A stretch of 64,000 nt of DNA from Tubulanus polymorphus (lineage: Eukaryota; Animalia; Nemertea). The stretch's first letter is position 1, and each line of letters starts with the position of its first letter. Under the pieces are notes generated by a model. It searched no databases. It saw only the letters and a list, made by a program, of their open reading frames with translations, and had not been told where the DNA came from. Of the stretch, positions 1-11,753 are shown one piece after another. Location of the stretch: positions 26,718,345-26,782,344 of the forward strand of contig NC_134028.1 in NCBI RefSeq assembly GCF_964204645.1, in the 5' to 3' direction. Made by a program: the position numbers and the translations under genes.

Positions 1-877
1 AGTGCGTGGGCGTTTTCGATACAAGTTGGTTGAAATGATAAAAATCTAATCGCTCCTCGTAAACGATGGCTAACTGGTGATCCGTAACTGCTTCTAATCA
101 ACGTAACCCAGATCTATTTCATCAAAATATTTTATTGAAATATTCCGCAAAGGAATCCGCTTTTTGGCTGGGAAACGTTAAACATATCGATTCGCTCATA
201 TTTTCAACTTAGGCAACATAATAGGTTAATCTTGGCATAGTTGGTGCGGGTGATTTCAAATCAAATTACGATATGAAATGATTCTGAAATGTTTGTGCAG
301 AAATGTCCCTCACTATTGGCATTATACGTTAATATACGTTTGGAAATATTATAACCGAACCATTTTAACAGTTAGAAAGAGAGGGCGGGTTAACTCAGTG
401 CTGGAACCTTTCCTAACGATATAATAACGGTAAGTTCATGAACTAAATAGATATTATAGCCGGAGGTTGCTATATTGTAGTCTTCAGAATCCAGTTCCAC
501 ACTGTGAATTGGTATTCGATTCTAAACTTACTAGAAATTGACCACATTATGTAGAGTATTTCTAATTCATGTTACAACTAATGCTCTAACAATGGCTTCA
601 CGTTGTTTGTGATCGAACCTAAGAGAAATAAAATGCTAGTTTTCGAGGCAGTGCGCGGCAGGTGTGCGGCGTAAGTATGACTACATGTATTTGACTTATT
701 TCGTATCGAATATTTGTCCAGCGCTGAATTATTAAAAACCATCGCAACTCACAGGGCTCTCAGTGGTTTGAACCTGTCATATCGCAGACAAAATAAGGAA
801 ACTATGAAAGATCTTGATAATTTCTGTTGTCGTTTTGTCTTTTCAGATGCAAGAAGGGAGTAATCAGAAAAACGAAG

Positions 878-3181
878 ATGCTAAGAGTGGTACGTGTATC
901 TATCTAGATATAGAATTTTGTCTAGAAATTGATGTCTGCAGCGTGCATGATGTCGTCATATGATTGACCGTCACTGGCTGGAGACTTGCCAAACATAATG
1001 TTAAAAATCGGGAGTTTACAAATCCAGGGGTTTTTGTCATGTAAATCAGTCATTGCATTCGCTTGTCAGTTTGGTGTCGTCAACGTGTCGAAAAGCACAT
1101 ATGGCTAAAACCTACATACATTAGAATGCTGCTTTTAAAAACTCCCCCTATGACGACTCTTGATTGTCACCATGGGAATCTATATGTATCCGTTGATAAA
1201 TCAGTTATTCATTCCTACTAATCCCCAGGGTCCAGTTCCACAGTTCTGAGTTAAGATTTAACTCTGAGTTAACTAATCGAAAATGAACTAACTTTAACTC
1301 AGAGTTAACTCTAACTCACGACTGTGGAACAGAGTCCAGGATCGCAGAACTATGTCATCATGATCTCTCACAAAAATTCTTCGTGTTTGAGTACACGATG
1401 TTACGTATGTAGATGAGTAGTTCCAGGGTCCCTTGGCGGTCAGGTTTTCTCAACGGATCTATGTATACATGTTTTTGTGCTACAAGCTGTCACCACGACG
1501 ACACTACGTATAAACTAAACACACGAAGACATCTGTCACAATGCGCGCATTAAAAATATCACAGTACGGCTAAATTACCGTTTAAACGATAAACATTCCT
1601 AGGGATAAAGGGCATAGTTTTTTTACCAAACAAATTTTCCAAGTGCACTCGAAGTTTGTCTCTGCGATTTTAAACTTCCAGTGAATATTCGATTTCGTAT
1701 TGGATATTATCTATATTCATATTTTCTCCTTTGCTCCAATGTTAATCCTGCCATGCCAATTCTATCTAGCCATATACTTGAGGTACCAGTTCCACAGTGT
1801 GTTGGTAAGATCTGACTCTTAGTTCACTTCCAATAAATAGGGCTGAAGCTAGAGTTTTATATTACGCCACCACTGTGAACTGGATACAGTTCTAACTCCT
1901 TGAATTCTCAATTTCGTCAAATACTGACTGCCTTGTCTACATGTCAGGGCAGCCATACTCCTGGCATTTATCGTCAATGCACGTACAGATGATAATTTGC
2001 ATATTATGTCATAAAACTTAATCAGCCTCCGATCAATAATTGATAGCAGTTTTGATGTAATAAACATCCAATTAATGCCGAACAGCCGGTAATTTAATCA
2101 ATTTTAATTAAATTCACAATTGATTATGCAATTTTAGTTTGAATATTCATTGCAAATTACAGATGAATTTGATGATAGCAAGACGCAAAATCTATCATAG
2201 TTTTGTTCACTTTACCGGTTAGACATGAGGTAGACATAGAATGTTACAGATTAAGCTTTGAGAAGAAATACGAAGCAATGCAATGAAATCAAATAAATTA
2301 GAAAGGGGATAGATTCATATTTCAGGATATATAAACGTTAACTTGTGGATAACTGACGCCATGATGTTATTAGTTGCTATCGTCATCTGATAAGTTAACT
2401 ATCAACAACTAACGGGAAACTGATTCCAATTTCATGACAACGGTTTGAATAATTATCTTCGATGAAAATAATAAGCGGCGATCACACGGAGACGATTTGG
2501 CACTGGCCACACGCAAACCACTCACTCGATACAAAACAATGCCCAAACAAAGCGAAGTGAGTCATTTCAAATGCAATTTGTCCCGTGCTAAAATTTGGCT
2601 CGGGTCTGGTCCGATGTTTTTGGTTTTGCTAAACAGACTCGGGTCCATTTGGCACCGTGTGAACAGTAATTGTTGTCCCATGCCAAATTTGGCCCGGAAA
2701 ACCAAAAACTCGTATGATCGCGGCTTCAATAACTAGAACAATAATCCGAGTTGTCGGTTATGTTATCGTTACTCTATTTCTTGAATGAGACGATTATTCA
2801 AAACCATTTCAAGCATTTTCCTGAAACTGAACCCTGGGTCCATTTCCACAAAGTGATTCGCTTCTAAATCGATTTGAGATAAACTGAAGAAATCAAATCT
2901 ATTTGAGACGGTTAAAACTGTTTGTTGTAATTCCGAAGTTAAATTCGATTGTTATTTCGCAGGGTCCACGGCTGATGGCCAGTCGCCGGCGACTGTACAA
3001 AGTGCGCCAGGAACGGGAAGCGAGAAAGAAAGCTCAGAAGGAACGCAAGAAAGAAGAGAAGAGAGCACGCAAGGAGAAAGAACTGCAGGAACGAGAGGAA
3101 GCGGAAGCTGCAGGAGAGGTTGTTCCACATTCTGGAAAGTCATTCTGGTGCTTTTCCTGCTTCCGGTCGCCATCGTCCTAA
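878..3181 (+). CDS. Small basic/acidic coiled-coil microprotein (~76 aa), 2 coding exons (878-889, 2963-3181)
   Basis: Acceptor tttcag|847; ATG CTA AGA GTG|gtacgt (phase 0) joins ttcgcag|GGT at 2963. Product MLRVGPRLMASRRRLYKVRQEREARKKAQKERKKEEKRARKEKELQEREEAEAAGEVVPHSGKSFWCFSCFRSPSS*. A possible upstream donor gtaagt lies at 671. No family recognised; the start codon is uncertain. Confidence 0.5.
1228..1337. mobile_element. Palindromic MITE-like element, family 1 (~110 bp)
   Basis: Terminal inverted repeat gttccacagt...actgtggaac with internal ctctgagttaa/ttaactcagag palindromy. A near-identical copy lies at 18552-18661 and degenerate relatives at ~490, ~1786, ~47398 and ~55652. Confidence 0.75.
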
Positions 3182-4859
3182 CAATAGTAGCCGTCGTAGT
3201 TTATATTGTACTCTTCCCGCGTAAGACATTTTACTGGACTTTAGATAATAAGTACACAGTGTAAGGAAGATCGTGAGTTGTTTGTATATTGTGAAAATAC
3301 GAAAGAAAGTTTTATGTTCCAAAACATTGAGTACTTGTTCAGATTGCATTAATAAGCACAATAATGAGATATTGATAAGATTTTCTAATTGTAAATTAAA
3401 CCACAAAAAATTCACTTTTTTTCACATTTTGTTGATTTCAGTGAAATGCCTTTGTCCGTGTTTGTTACCGTGTTTGACAGCTCTGACGGAATTTTTATGG
3501 GTTTTATCATCGATACCGAGGAAGGTTGTGGCTTGGGCCTGCAATTCGGGCGAACCGGAAACAATCGAAACACTTGAACTTTCGAAGAGTAAAGTTGAAG
3601 AATATGGAAGCACTGATTAATAGTCTCGACTCGACTAAAGAGGGCGCATGTGGTTTGATGTGTTGACGACTGGTCGCGGGCTTATGGACACATTAACTAC
3701 AAACATTTATAACGGATAGTTAATGTACTTAGGTGTATTTTCATATTTCTGATACGGTTCATCTGGTTCAGGGTAGTGCAAACTTTTAAGTCGACGCATC
3801 TAATGATACTTGTAATTCAGAACCAATAAATGACGTGCTACGCGCTGCGCAGCGCCCTCTATTGTTCAAGTTTATTACCGGTACACCGTTTCGCAAAAAT
3901 AAACTACGTCGTTATTGCTCACTTGAATTAGAAATTTTGCCCGCTGATAAATTGGAAGGTATAAAGAGCACAGTTGAAACGTCCTCGGGAATTAGATAAG
4001 AGCCACGCGTCGAACTGGACGTTTCTATCTATTTCGAACAATTTTCAAAAATCGCCGCGCAAAATAAATCGATGCTCCTGATAATTGTCGACGCCATTTT
4101 GTGTAATTATTGAATTAAGATAAAAATCTTGCCGGAATTTAATTATTTATTATCATTGTCATTTTATTGTTATTAGTGAGTCAACATTCGATGTTCTTAA
4201 AGCTCGTATCGTTTTAATTGAATATTATTCATAATTGTAATGAACCAAACGCGAAAAATCTTCGAATTTTTCATCCTTAGAACGAGTAGCGTTCGTTTAT
4301 ATGTACGATATTAATAGATATTATACGTGACATCAAGGTTTTTTCATCATTGTAATTTTTTTGTCATGTTCTAAATTTCTTCGTGTTTTATTATCATCAA
4401 TCGTGTATTTTATCTATCATATGATGTAATTTTCATAAATTTGTGGGTTTTCATAATTATTTATGTATAAGTTCAACTTGATGAATATATCTCGTAATAT
4501 AATATGTGTTTTTTGTTTTTTGTTTTTTTTCAACGCGTGATATGCAATAAAGGTGAACTCAGAACTGTGGGATTAATTATACTTTTTCAACAAGTGTTAA
4601 GAGCTCGTTAAAAAGTTTGCACGGAAGATTTTCGTTATGGGAGACATACATATCTGGATTGAAGAAAGGTCACCATCGAATTTGTTAGTTTCAAAATAAC
4701 ACAACGTTAACAGAATATATTCTCTTCCTATCCGATCATGTAAAAATAAATTTAAGTGTATTAGTAGTAAAAAAAGAAAACAAGTTTGCATCCGATTGAA
4801 TGTTCCTGGTAGATTGGCGAATTGTGTTTCACAGTCGTTTCGGAGGCAACGTTCACCTG

Positions 4860-5120
4860 TTATACTCATCGTCCCCCGGGAGGGATTCGAACCTGATGGC
4901 ATTGAAATTGCCACGGTACGAAACCCTGCCACACTAGACCGAGTGCGCAGCTACACGCGCAGCTCAGATGATGTCATTATCAGCCAATCAGATATCCTGT
5001 TTTATTTTAGCCCGGGTTTGAACCGAATTTGGCCCGGTCTACTGTGGCAGGGGTTCGTGCCGTGGCTGAGTGTAGCGATGCCATCAGGTTCGAATCCCTG
5101 CCGTGGGAGGATGTGCTATA
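4860..5120. mobile_element. Palindromic MITE-like element, family 2, with GGTTCGAATCCC in both arms
   Basis: Perfect 22-bp inverted repeat 4881-4902/5078-5099 plus a near-perfect 32-bp inverted repeat 4910-4941/5035-5066. Shorter relatives at ~41740-41870 and ~48203-48248. Confidence 0.75.
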
Positions 5121-5989
5121 CGGCACCTGACACTGACACAAATAACACCAACTTTAGAACGAAGAATGTATTGCTGTACTGGGAAGCTGAGTCGATCCGA
5201 AACGGTTTGTTATCAAGGCTAAATGTTCATGTCTTTGTAATAATGAATTTTCATTGGATGTTCCCTACAACATCGATATTGGGGCTAGATTAAGTTTGTA
5301 ATAAGTGGATATGCCATTAGGTCGTCAATATTAGGGCTAGACTGGTTAGACTGGTTGCCTGTCAATTCAATTCATTTATTGATATACTGTAATTAAAAAT
5401 AACGATTATCGACACTAAATACTAGGATTTATCGTCGATATTATTAGGCAATATACGGATACTGTGTTAGTTCTCTCAAGGCTTCAATATACTTTCTATC
5501 AGTTTTCTTATTAGTTTTAAGTTGCTAGTCTTCCTACCTAAAGGAGCTAATTTCAAAGAACAAATGAAACCATTTCGTCTAACGACGCCGTTGAGAGGAT
5601 AGCCCGTGCATTGACAACATCGATAACATGACCATTTGTCCGTTGTAGAATAAATTCCTGCTCTTCAACATGACGATTTTAATCACGACATTAGTTATAC
5701 GTGTATATTAATCCTGCTACGAAAATACTTCTAAATCAGACCCGTGCCATGTATGTATTTTATAGTGTATGTGAATATGCAGCTTTCATTTTCGACGATA
5801 GCTGAGAAGAAAATGATATCATTAATGGGAATTTTTATACAGTCCTATAAACCGATACACGTCGTCTAATTAGCCATCACTAACACCACGAACATCACTG
5901 TGCCTTCGCCACTTCATTTCTATCGCCATTACTAATTGGATTCGTTGTAGAAAAGTGTCGTGTATATCGTCGCGTACAGATCGTGTGGG

Positions 5990-7045
5990 ATGCTCGATGA
6001 AAACATTACTAGCGCCGGCCATGCGATGACAACACCACAACTCAACCTGTGCCAGAGAATCAAAACTCTCCCTGTTCAATGGGTCAACAAATTAAATGTT
6101 TCTATTTATTTGGGCTGTTATCTACCGGCATCTGTATTGGGTTTAATATCCAACGCATTCACATTAATGATTCTAAAACGATTTAAATCTGATAATTATT
6201 TCCTCATCAAAATTCTCGCTTTAAACGATCTTTTGTTTATGATCGCTACATTCATTCTTTATCCACTCAGAACTGCGTACGTTTTCGTCGTTTTGGGAGA
6301 TATTGTATTTCGCTGGAACGATTGGAATTTCGGTTGGATTTTTATCTCAGTCGCCTTGCCGTTTTTCTACATGTTGCAGATGACACGTAACTGGTGCACT
6401 GTACTGCTCAGTCTAGAGCGGTTAATCGTCGTATTGTTTCCGATGAAATCTCGCAACTTTCCCAAGAAGTTGATATCACAATGCGCGATGGCGTGCGTTT
6501 CACTTCTGAGTTTTTCTGGCCATTTCATTCGCTTCATACCAAATCGACAACTTGGCTTTATGAATTGTCCTGTTGAGTGGCCATATGTTACAATACGTTT
6601 TGGGTTTTATTACTACCCCGATTGGTTTAAACAATACAAATGGCGATCCGATGTTTCTAGGGTCTATCTCTTCATGTATCTTACTGTTATGATCCCAATT
6701 ATTCTTTTAGTCATAGTTAATGTTTTTCTAATTTTTACATTATTTTTCAGTCGAATTACCCGACGTTCAGAGCTCGGTGTAACTGATGAATCGTCTAGGA
6801 GGGAAATGAGGGTTTTAAGAATGGTTTTATCGGTAGTTTTTTTGTTTATCTTTTGTGAAGGTTTTGGTTTTATCGATCGTTTAATGAATTTAGGTTATAT
6901 CCCTATGATTACAGGTATGAGTCTGATAGCTTTAGGATTTTCTATCATCGATTCGTCAGTAAACTTTATCGTGTATTGCGCGACAAACGGAAAGTTCCGA
7001 AAAGTAGCTATTGACATTCTAGGTAAAGTTTGCCACAAACAATAG
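5990..7045 (+). CDS. Intronless class A GPCR, FMRFamide/sex-peptide-receptor-like
   Basis: Seven hydrophobic segments; GLISNAF (TM1), LALNDL (TM2), SLERLIVVLFPMK (TM3/ICL2), SSVNFIVYCATNGKFRK (TM7/H8). First ATG at 5990; N-glycosylation sequon NIT; AATAAA at ~7105. Confidence 0.9.
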   Translation: MLDENITSAGHAMTTPQLNLCQRIKTLPVQWVNKLNVSIYLGCYLPASVLGLISNAFTLMILKRFKSDNYFLIKILALNDLLFMIATFILYPLRTAYVFVVLGDIVFRWNDWNFGWIFISVALPFFYMLQMTRNWCTVLLSLERLIVVLFPMKSRNFPKKLISQCAMACVSLLSFSGHFIRFIPNRQLGFMNCPVEWPYVTIRFGFYYYPDWFKQYKWRSDVSRVYLFMYLTVMIPIILLVIVNVFLIFTLFFSRITRRSELGVTDESSRREMRVLRMVLSVVFLFIFCEGFGFIDRLMNLGYIPMITGMSLIALGFSIIDSSVNFIVYCATNGKFRKVAIDILGKVCHKQ

Positions 7046-8481
7046 GTTTCGCTAAAAGAAAAATGATCAAATGCAGAATACAAAGCAATATTTTCCTACA
7101 TTTCAATAAATACATTTAAATAATTCCAACAGAATTCATGAAACCGCTTTCTACTCGCCGTCGCTGTTTCATTGGGAAGCTCTCATGTACAGAATAACCC
7201 ACAGAGCCGTCACCAGAACACGCCAAACTGGTTAAGAACACGACAAATCCGATGCCCTATTCGAACAGTTTGCGCACGAGTAGTCTGTCGCTACGGTGAC
7301 CTAAAATAATGATTACAATGATTACATTGTAGTGTAGTGGAGATAATGTAAGGATAGTGAAAGATAGATATAAGGGCAGTCTAATCCCAATCGTGGTCCT
7401 TTAATCAATCTGCAAATCATTCATAAAATGATCTAGGATCATTTATTTTGGACTGAGCTTTGTAGATTTGTCTTGTTGTCAACCATTATACGAGGCCTAA
7501 AAAACGACATTTGAAATTGAAAAAGAAACATGTTAATAATATTCAGTTTGTATAGTTTTTCACCATGTGACAATGTAGATAATTATGGGCATACTCTATA
7601 CTTATCGGAGCCGAAACCTAAAAATACGGTGAATAGAACAATGATGCGGTGGACTCCAGTCGGACTCGTTCTAACAATATCCACACTTCCTACCGATATG
7701 AAAGGGAGAGCAATGCTTCCAACAATATTTCTATTTTGTCGAAGTCGACTTATTCTACTCGAACAGTGGACTTTTAAAACTAAGAATAAAATGTTGATGG
7801 CCGCACTGTTATCCTCCCTTGAAATGTTCAATTTGTTACGTATTTATAACGGATGAACCGATATATTTGGGACTGTAGATCACTAAACACATAACACCAA
7901 CTTTAACGTCATACGAATTGAAAATTAACCCCGTTTACTTAAAAAGATCGTTTCATCTGTGACAGAGTGGTCCCAGTTCTGGTCTCAGCACTGAACATCC
8001 GTTGTGTAGTGTTTGCTTGTTTGAAGTCAATGGTTTAAAAAGGGTTACCAGCGAATTCTTGCTGCACGCGGGTAGCTGGCCAAACAACCAGCCAACAGTA
8101 TTTAGAAATTTCGGGTATTTCGAGGCCCAGTGTTGTGCAGGGTTTATACAATTAGTGTGTATTGATCTTTCGTTATCTTAAGCATTTCGTTTTATAACGG
8201 AATCTACTCGACTCGGAATATTCTCAATCACCTGGAAAATAATCTTTGAAAATTGAAAACAAAGATATAAAAAGAGTTCGATACAGTCTTAAGATAGCAA
8301 TAACTCATGTGAATGTCGTTGATACATGCAAAGTTACCGTATATATTTCAAAATCGAAAACAAATTCAAATTGAGGTTACGAATAAAGAACATAGAAGTA
8401 ATTGATGTAGGCATGACAGACGGGCTAGATTATATAATTCACGAAATGTGAACTTCAAATTTCATTCTATTTTCTTTTCTA

Positions 8482-10609
8482 TCACTGTTTAAACATGCCA
8501 CCGGTATTATACACTGGCTTATTAGCTTCCAAGTCTTTTTCCCTCGTCAATGCTTTATCCGCTCTCAACTTGTGGAATATTTCGCATTTTTCCGCAAGCT
8601 TTTCTCGAAGTTCCACCTTGGCGTAATTCTCAAATTCTTTAAACGATATTTTGCCGTCTTTATCTGCATCGAGCTTGTTTTTCACGAGACGAGCCCGACT
8701 TCCAAATACATTAAGGGACGCTAGGTACGGGTCGATTTCTTCTCCTTTCAGATCACCACTTCCATCGATATCATATTCTTGGAAAACATTTCTCCAATGT
8801 TTAATGACCTTCTTGCTGAAATTGAATTTCTGAAATTAATATTCGTGGCAGATGCAAGTGCAAACACGAAAGGCCATTGGTAGATTCATTTTTCAAGTTT
8901 CTATTGCACAGTGAGTTTAATGTAATCCCGTCAACCTAGATGAACAATTCTTATCATGGATTTTCCAAATCATTTTTTTTTCAACGCGCGACACTGTATT
9001 TCGCTGTATATAGTTCAGTTAAGTCCCGAGTGAAGTCGTTCACAGTGAATGATTCACAGTCGAAGCATCTGCTATCAAATATCGCCTGCTATTCACTCGT
9101 CGAGGCATGTTTTATTCGCTTCACTTGTTTTTGATCGGGCACATAATAGATTTAAGCAGTACATATACAATGATATGATACGATGTGACAGGAGGGTCAT
9201 AGCTGCAAGCTGATGCCACGATCATACTGGACCTGCATAAACTCAGCACGAACTCAGCTACGTGTATAATTGACCTATGGAACATCTGCTGAATTAACGG
9301 ATTTTACATATTGTAATCTGCGAATGCTCGATATGTTTCTAGTATTATGTACGAACATATTAGGGCGATTTTCATACTCTGCAACTATTGTTCTGCAAAA
9401 CATCGTAGAGTCCTCCTAATCAACCCTAACCGAAGCATATTTTAGTTATCTTTCTTTTTGTTCGGCCCTTGCGCCCGTGAATACTGATCTCTCAGATCAG
9501 TTGCGTAGTCAAAGCTTAGCTCTAACACTAGTCGTGGTCCTGTAATCGATCTAACAACTGAAAGATCAGTCACAAAGATCATATAATGATAAGACCACTA
9601 TAAATGGACCTATGCAAATTTAGTTTTCTAGTTCCCAGTCGCGTTATTTCTACCAAAATAGAACAAGTTCAAAAAGCTTACGTGAACCAATCTTCTAAAT
9701 ATTCATCAAGTGACAAACCATCTCCATCGTGATCGTACGTTTTAAACAAATGCTGCAAATATAGAACATGCTTTTGATCAAAACTGGTCCGAGGTTCAAT
9801 TCTGTATTGGTACAAAAAATATTTCCTACAAGGTACGTATAGCACTTAAAATTACTTAGAGAACGGATCTTATTCAAGCAAAATGAATAGGAGAAATATC
9901 AAGTAAAATAAAATCTCTATTTTACGTGCGTTTCAAAATGAAAGGGAAACAGGGCTAAATGGAAATAAAGATTTCTATAATAATTTATTTCAGCATTTTC
10001 CACATAAAATCTTGGAATGAACGGAGAAAAGAAACAACAGTAATACAGGGAGGAGCGAATGGATAATACCTATCACGAACGATATGATCACAAATACGAA
10101 CGGAAAGATAAATAACATATCGGAGGAAATAAAAAAAGAGTTCTTACGCCCGAATTCAGACATTGTCGTTAGTATCGTACTAATTGAATGCTTCTTTTTA
10201 CGATAGAAACGAAAAAAACCCGTTTTAATTAGTTCCAGTATATTTCGCTTTTATCACCATGTCCCAATGGAGATAATTTTTGACATATTCATTAGAGCCA
10301 ACCTTTTAGTAAAAGCTGCGAATATAGAACACGAATTCTAGCCCGACTGAACTATTTGATGAATTTTGTTCATTGCCCGTTGTTAAGTATTTCACGGGGA
10401 TCGCTACCGATTGATTTTAACTTTACCTCGAGATATTTGGGACTTTTTATAATCGCAGACATCTCCTCTTTGCTAACTCGTCCGTTTCCATCGGCGTCGT
10501 ATTTAATAACGAATTTCTCTATAACTCGATTCAGTGAATCCTTGTATTCTTCGCCGATCTTGTATTCATCGATAATCGGCTCGAAAACGTCTCCGTAGTC
10601 CTGCTGCAT
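8482..10609 (-). CDS. EF-hand Ca2+-binding protein (~176 aa), sarcoplasmic calcium-binding protein/calexcitin-like; exons 10609-10427 and 8829-8482
   Basis: Donor GAG|gtaaag and acceptor tttcag|AAA are both phase 0. Three EF loops: DADGNGRVSKEE, DIDGSGDLKGEE, DADKDGKISFKE. Confidence 0.8.
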
Positions 10610-11521
10610 TTTCAGGTTTTTTTTTTAAATGATCTCACTCTCAGCGATCCAGCAATACGCGTCACCTCCGTTGCGCGAATGTGCCTAGAACGCGGCTGTG
10701 GCTGGTTTTTGTACTCGTGTCAATGCGACATGAATGCGCGTCAATATTGCATTCATTATGAAAAATAAACACATTTCTAATGGTACTCGAACGCACGGGG
10801 GGTATTTATCGAGTTCAGGTTCAAGTTCGTTATATATTTTCTATTACTAGCGAGCATCATGTACAGAGATGGAACAATATAATACAATATAGTGTTAATT
10901 GACATACATAAAATGGGTTTGGCTCAACGAAATTAATATTTTTTGGTGAAGGTCCTATGGGCAGACTGGTTTATTGTTTTTGGTTTTAAGTCGATCATCA
11001 ACTAAGAGCAATAGAATAGAATATATATAATCGTTTAATCCCAGAAAAGCTGTCCGATTGAACATCGTTACTGACAATATCTATCAAAACTCCATTACTT
11101 GAAAAAGAAATCTCAACAGGCTTTTTACAGTTTACACATAACGACAAAATATAAAAAATAAAACTCGTGGACTTATGTGACCTCTGTGCCCTCGAGTACT
11201 ACAAATATCAAGTTGATACAAGTAAAGCCCGGTGTAGTTCAGACTTGTTTTTTAATGTATTGAGCTCGGAATCTATTATTCTATTATGTTCGAAACATCA
11301 CGTCTTTGTCGATATTTTCTATGAATGGAACAAACAATAAAGAAACCAGCAAGTGAATGATATTGTCTTCATTATGTTTGATATATTTAGTTTTGTTTAG
11401 TGTTTTCACTTAGTTGCACGATTTTTCAATGTCAAGGTTATAAAGTTCAAGGCGATACGATTTGATTCATCTTAAAACTACGTAGACATATTCGAAAATA
11501 TTTTGATGATAAAATATTTTG

Positions 11522-11666
<145 letters not shown>

Positions 11667-11709
11667 GACATGTAATTTAGTTTCTTATATGTATATAGTT
11701 TCTTTTACG

Positions 11710-11753
<44 letters not shown>

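Noticed and set aside
4796-5293. 165-aa ORF, its antisense ORF, and a possible tRNA
   Set aside because: These are by-products of a palindromic element. Only a T-arm-like motif is present, with no cloverleaf.
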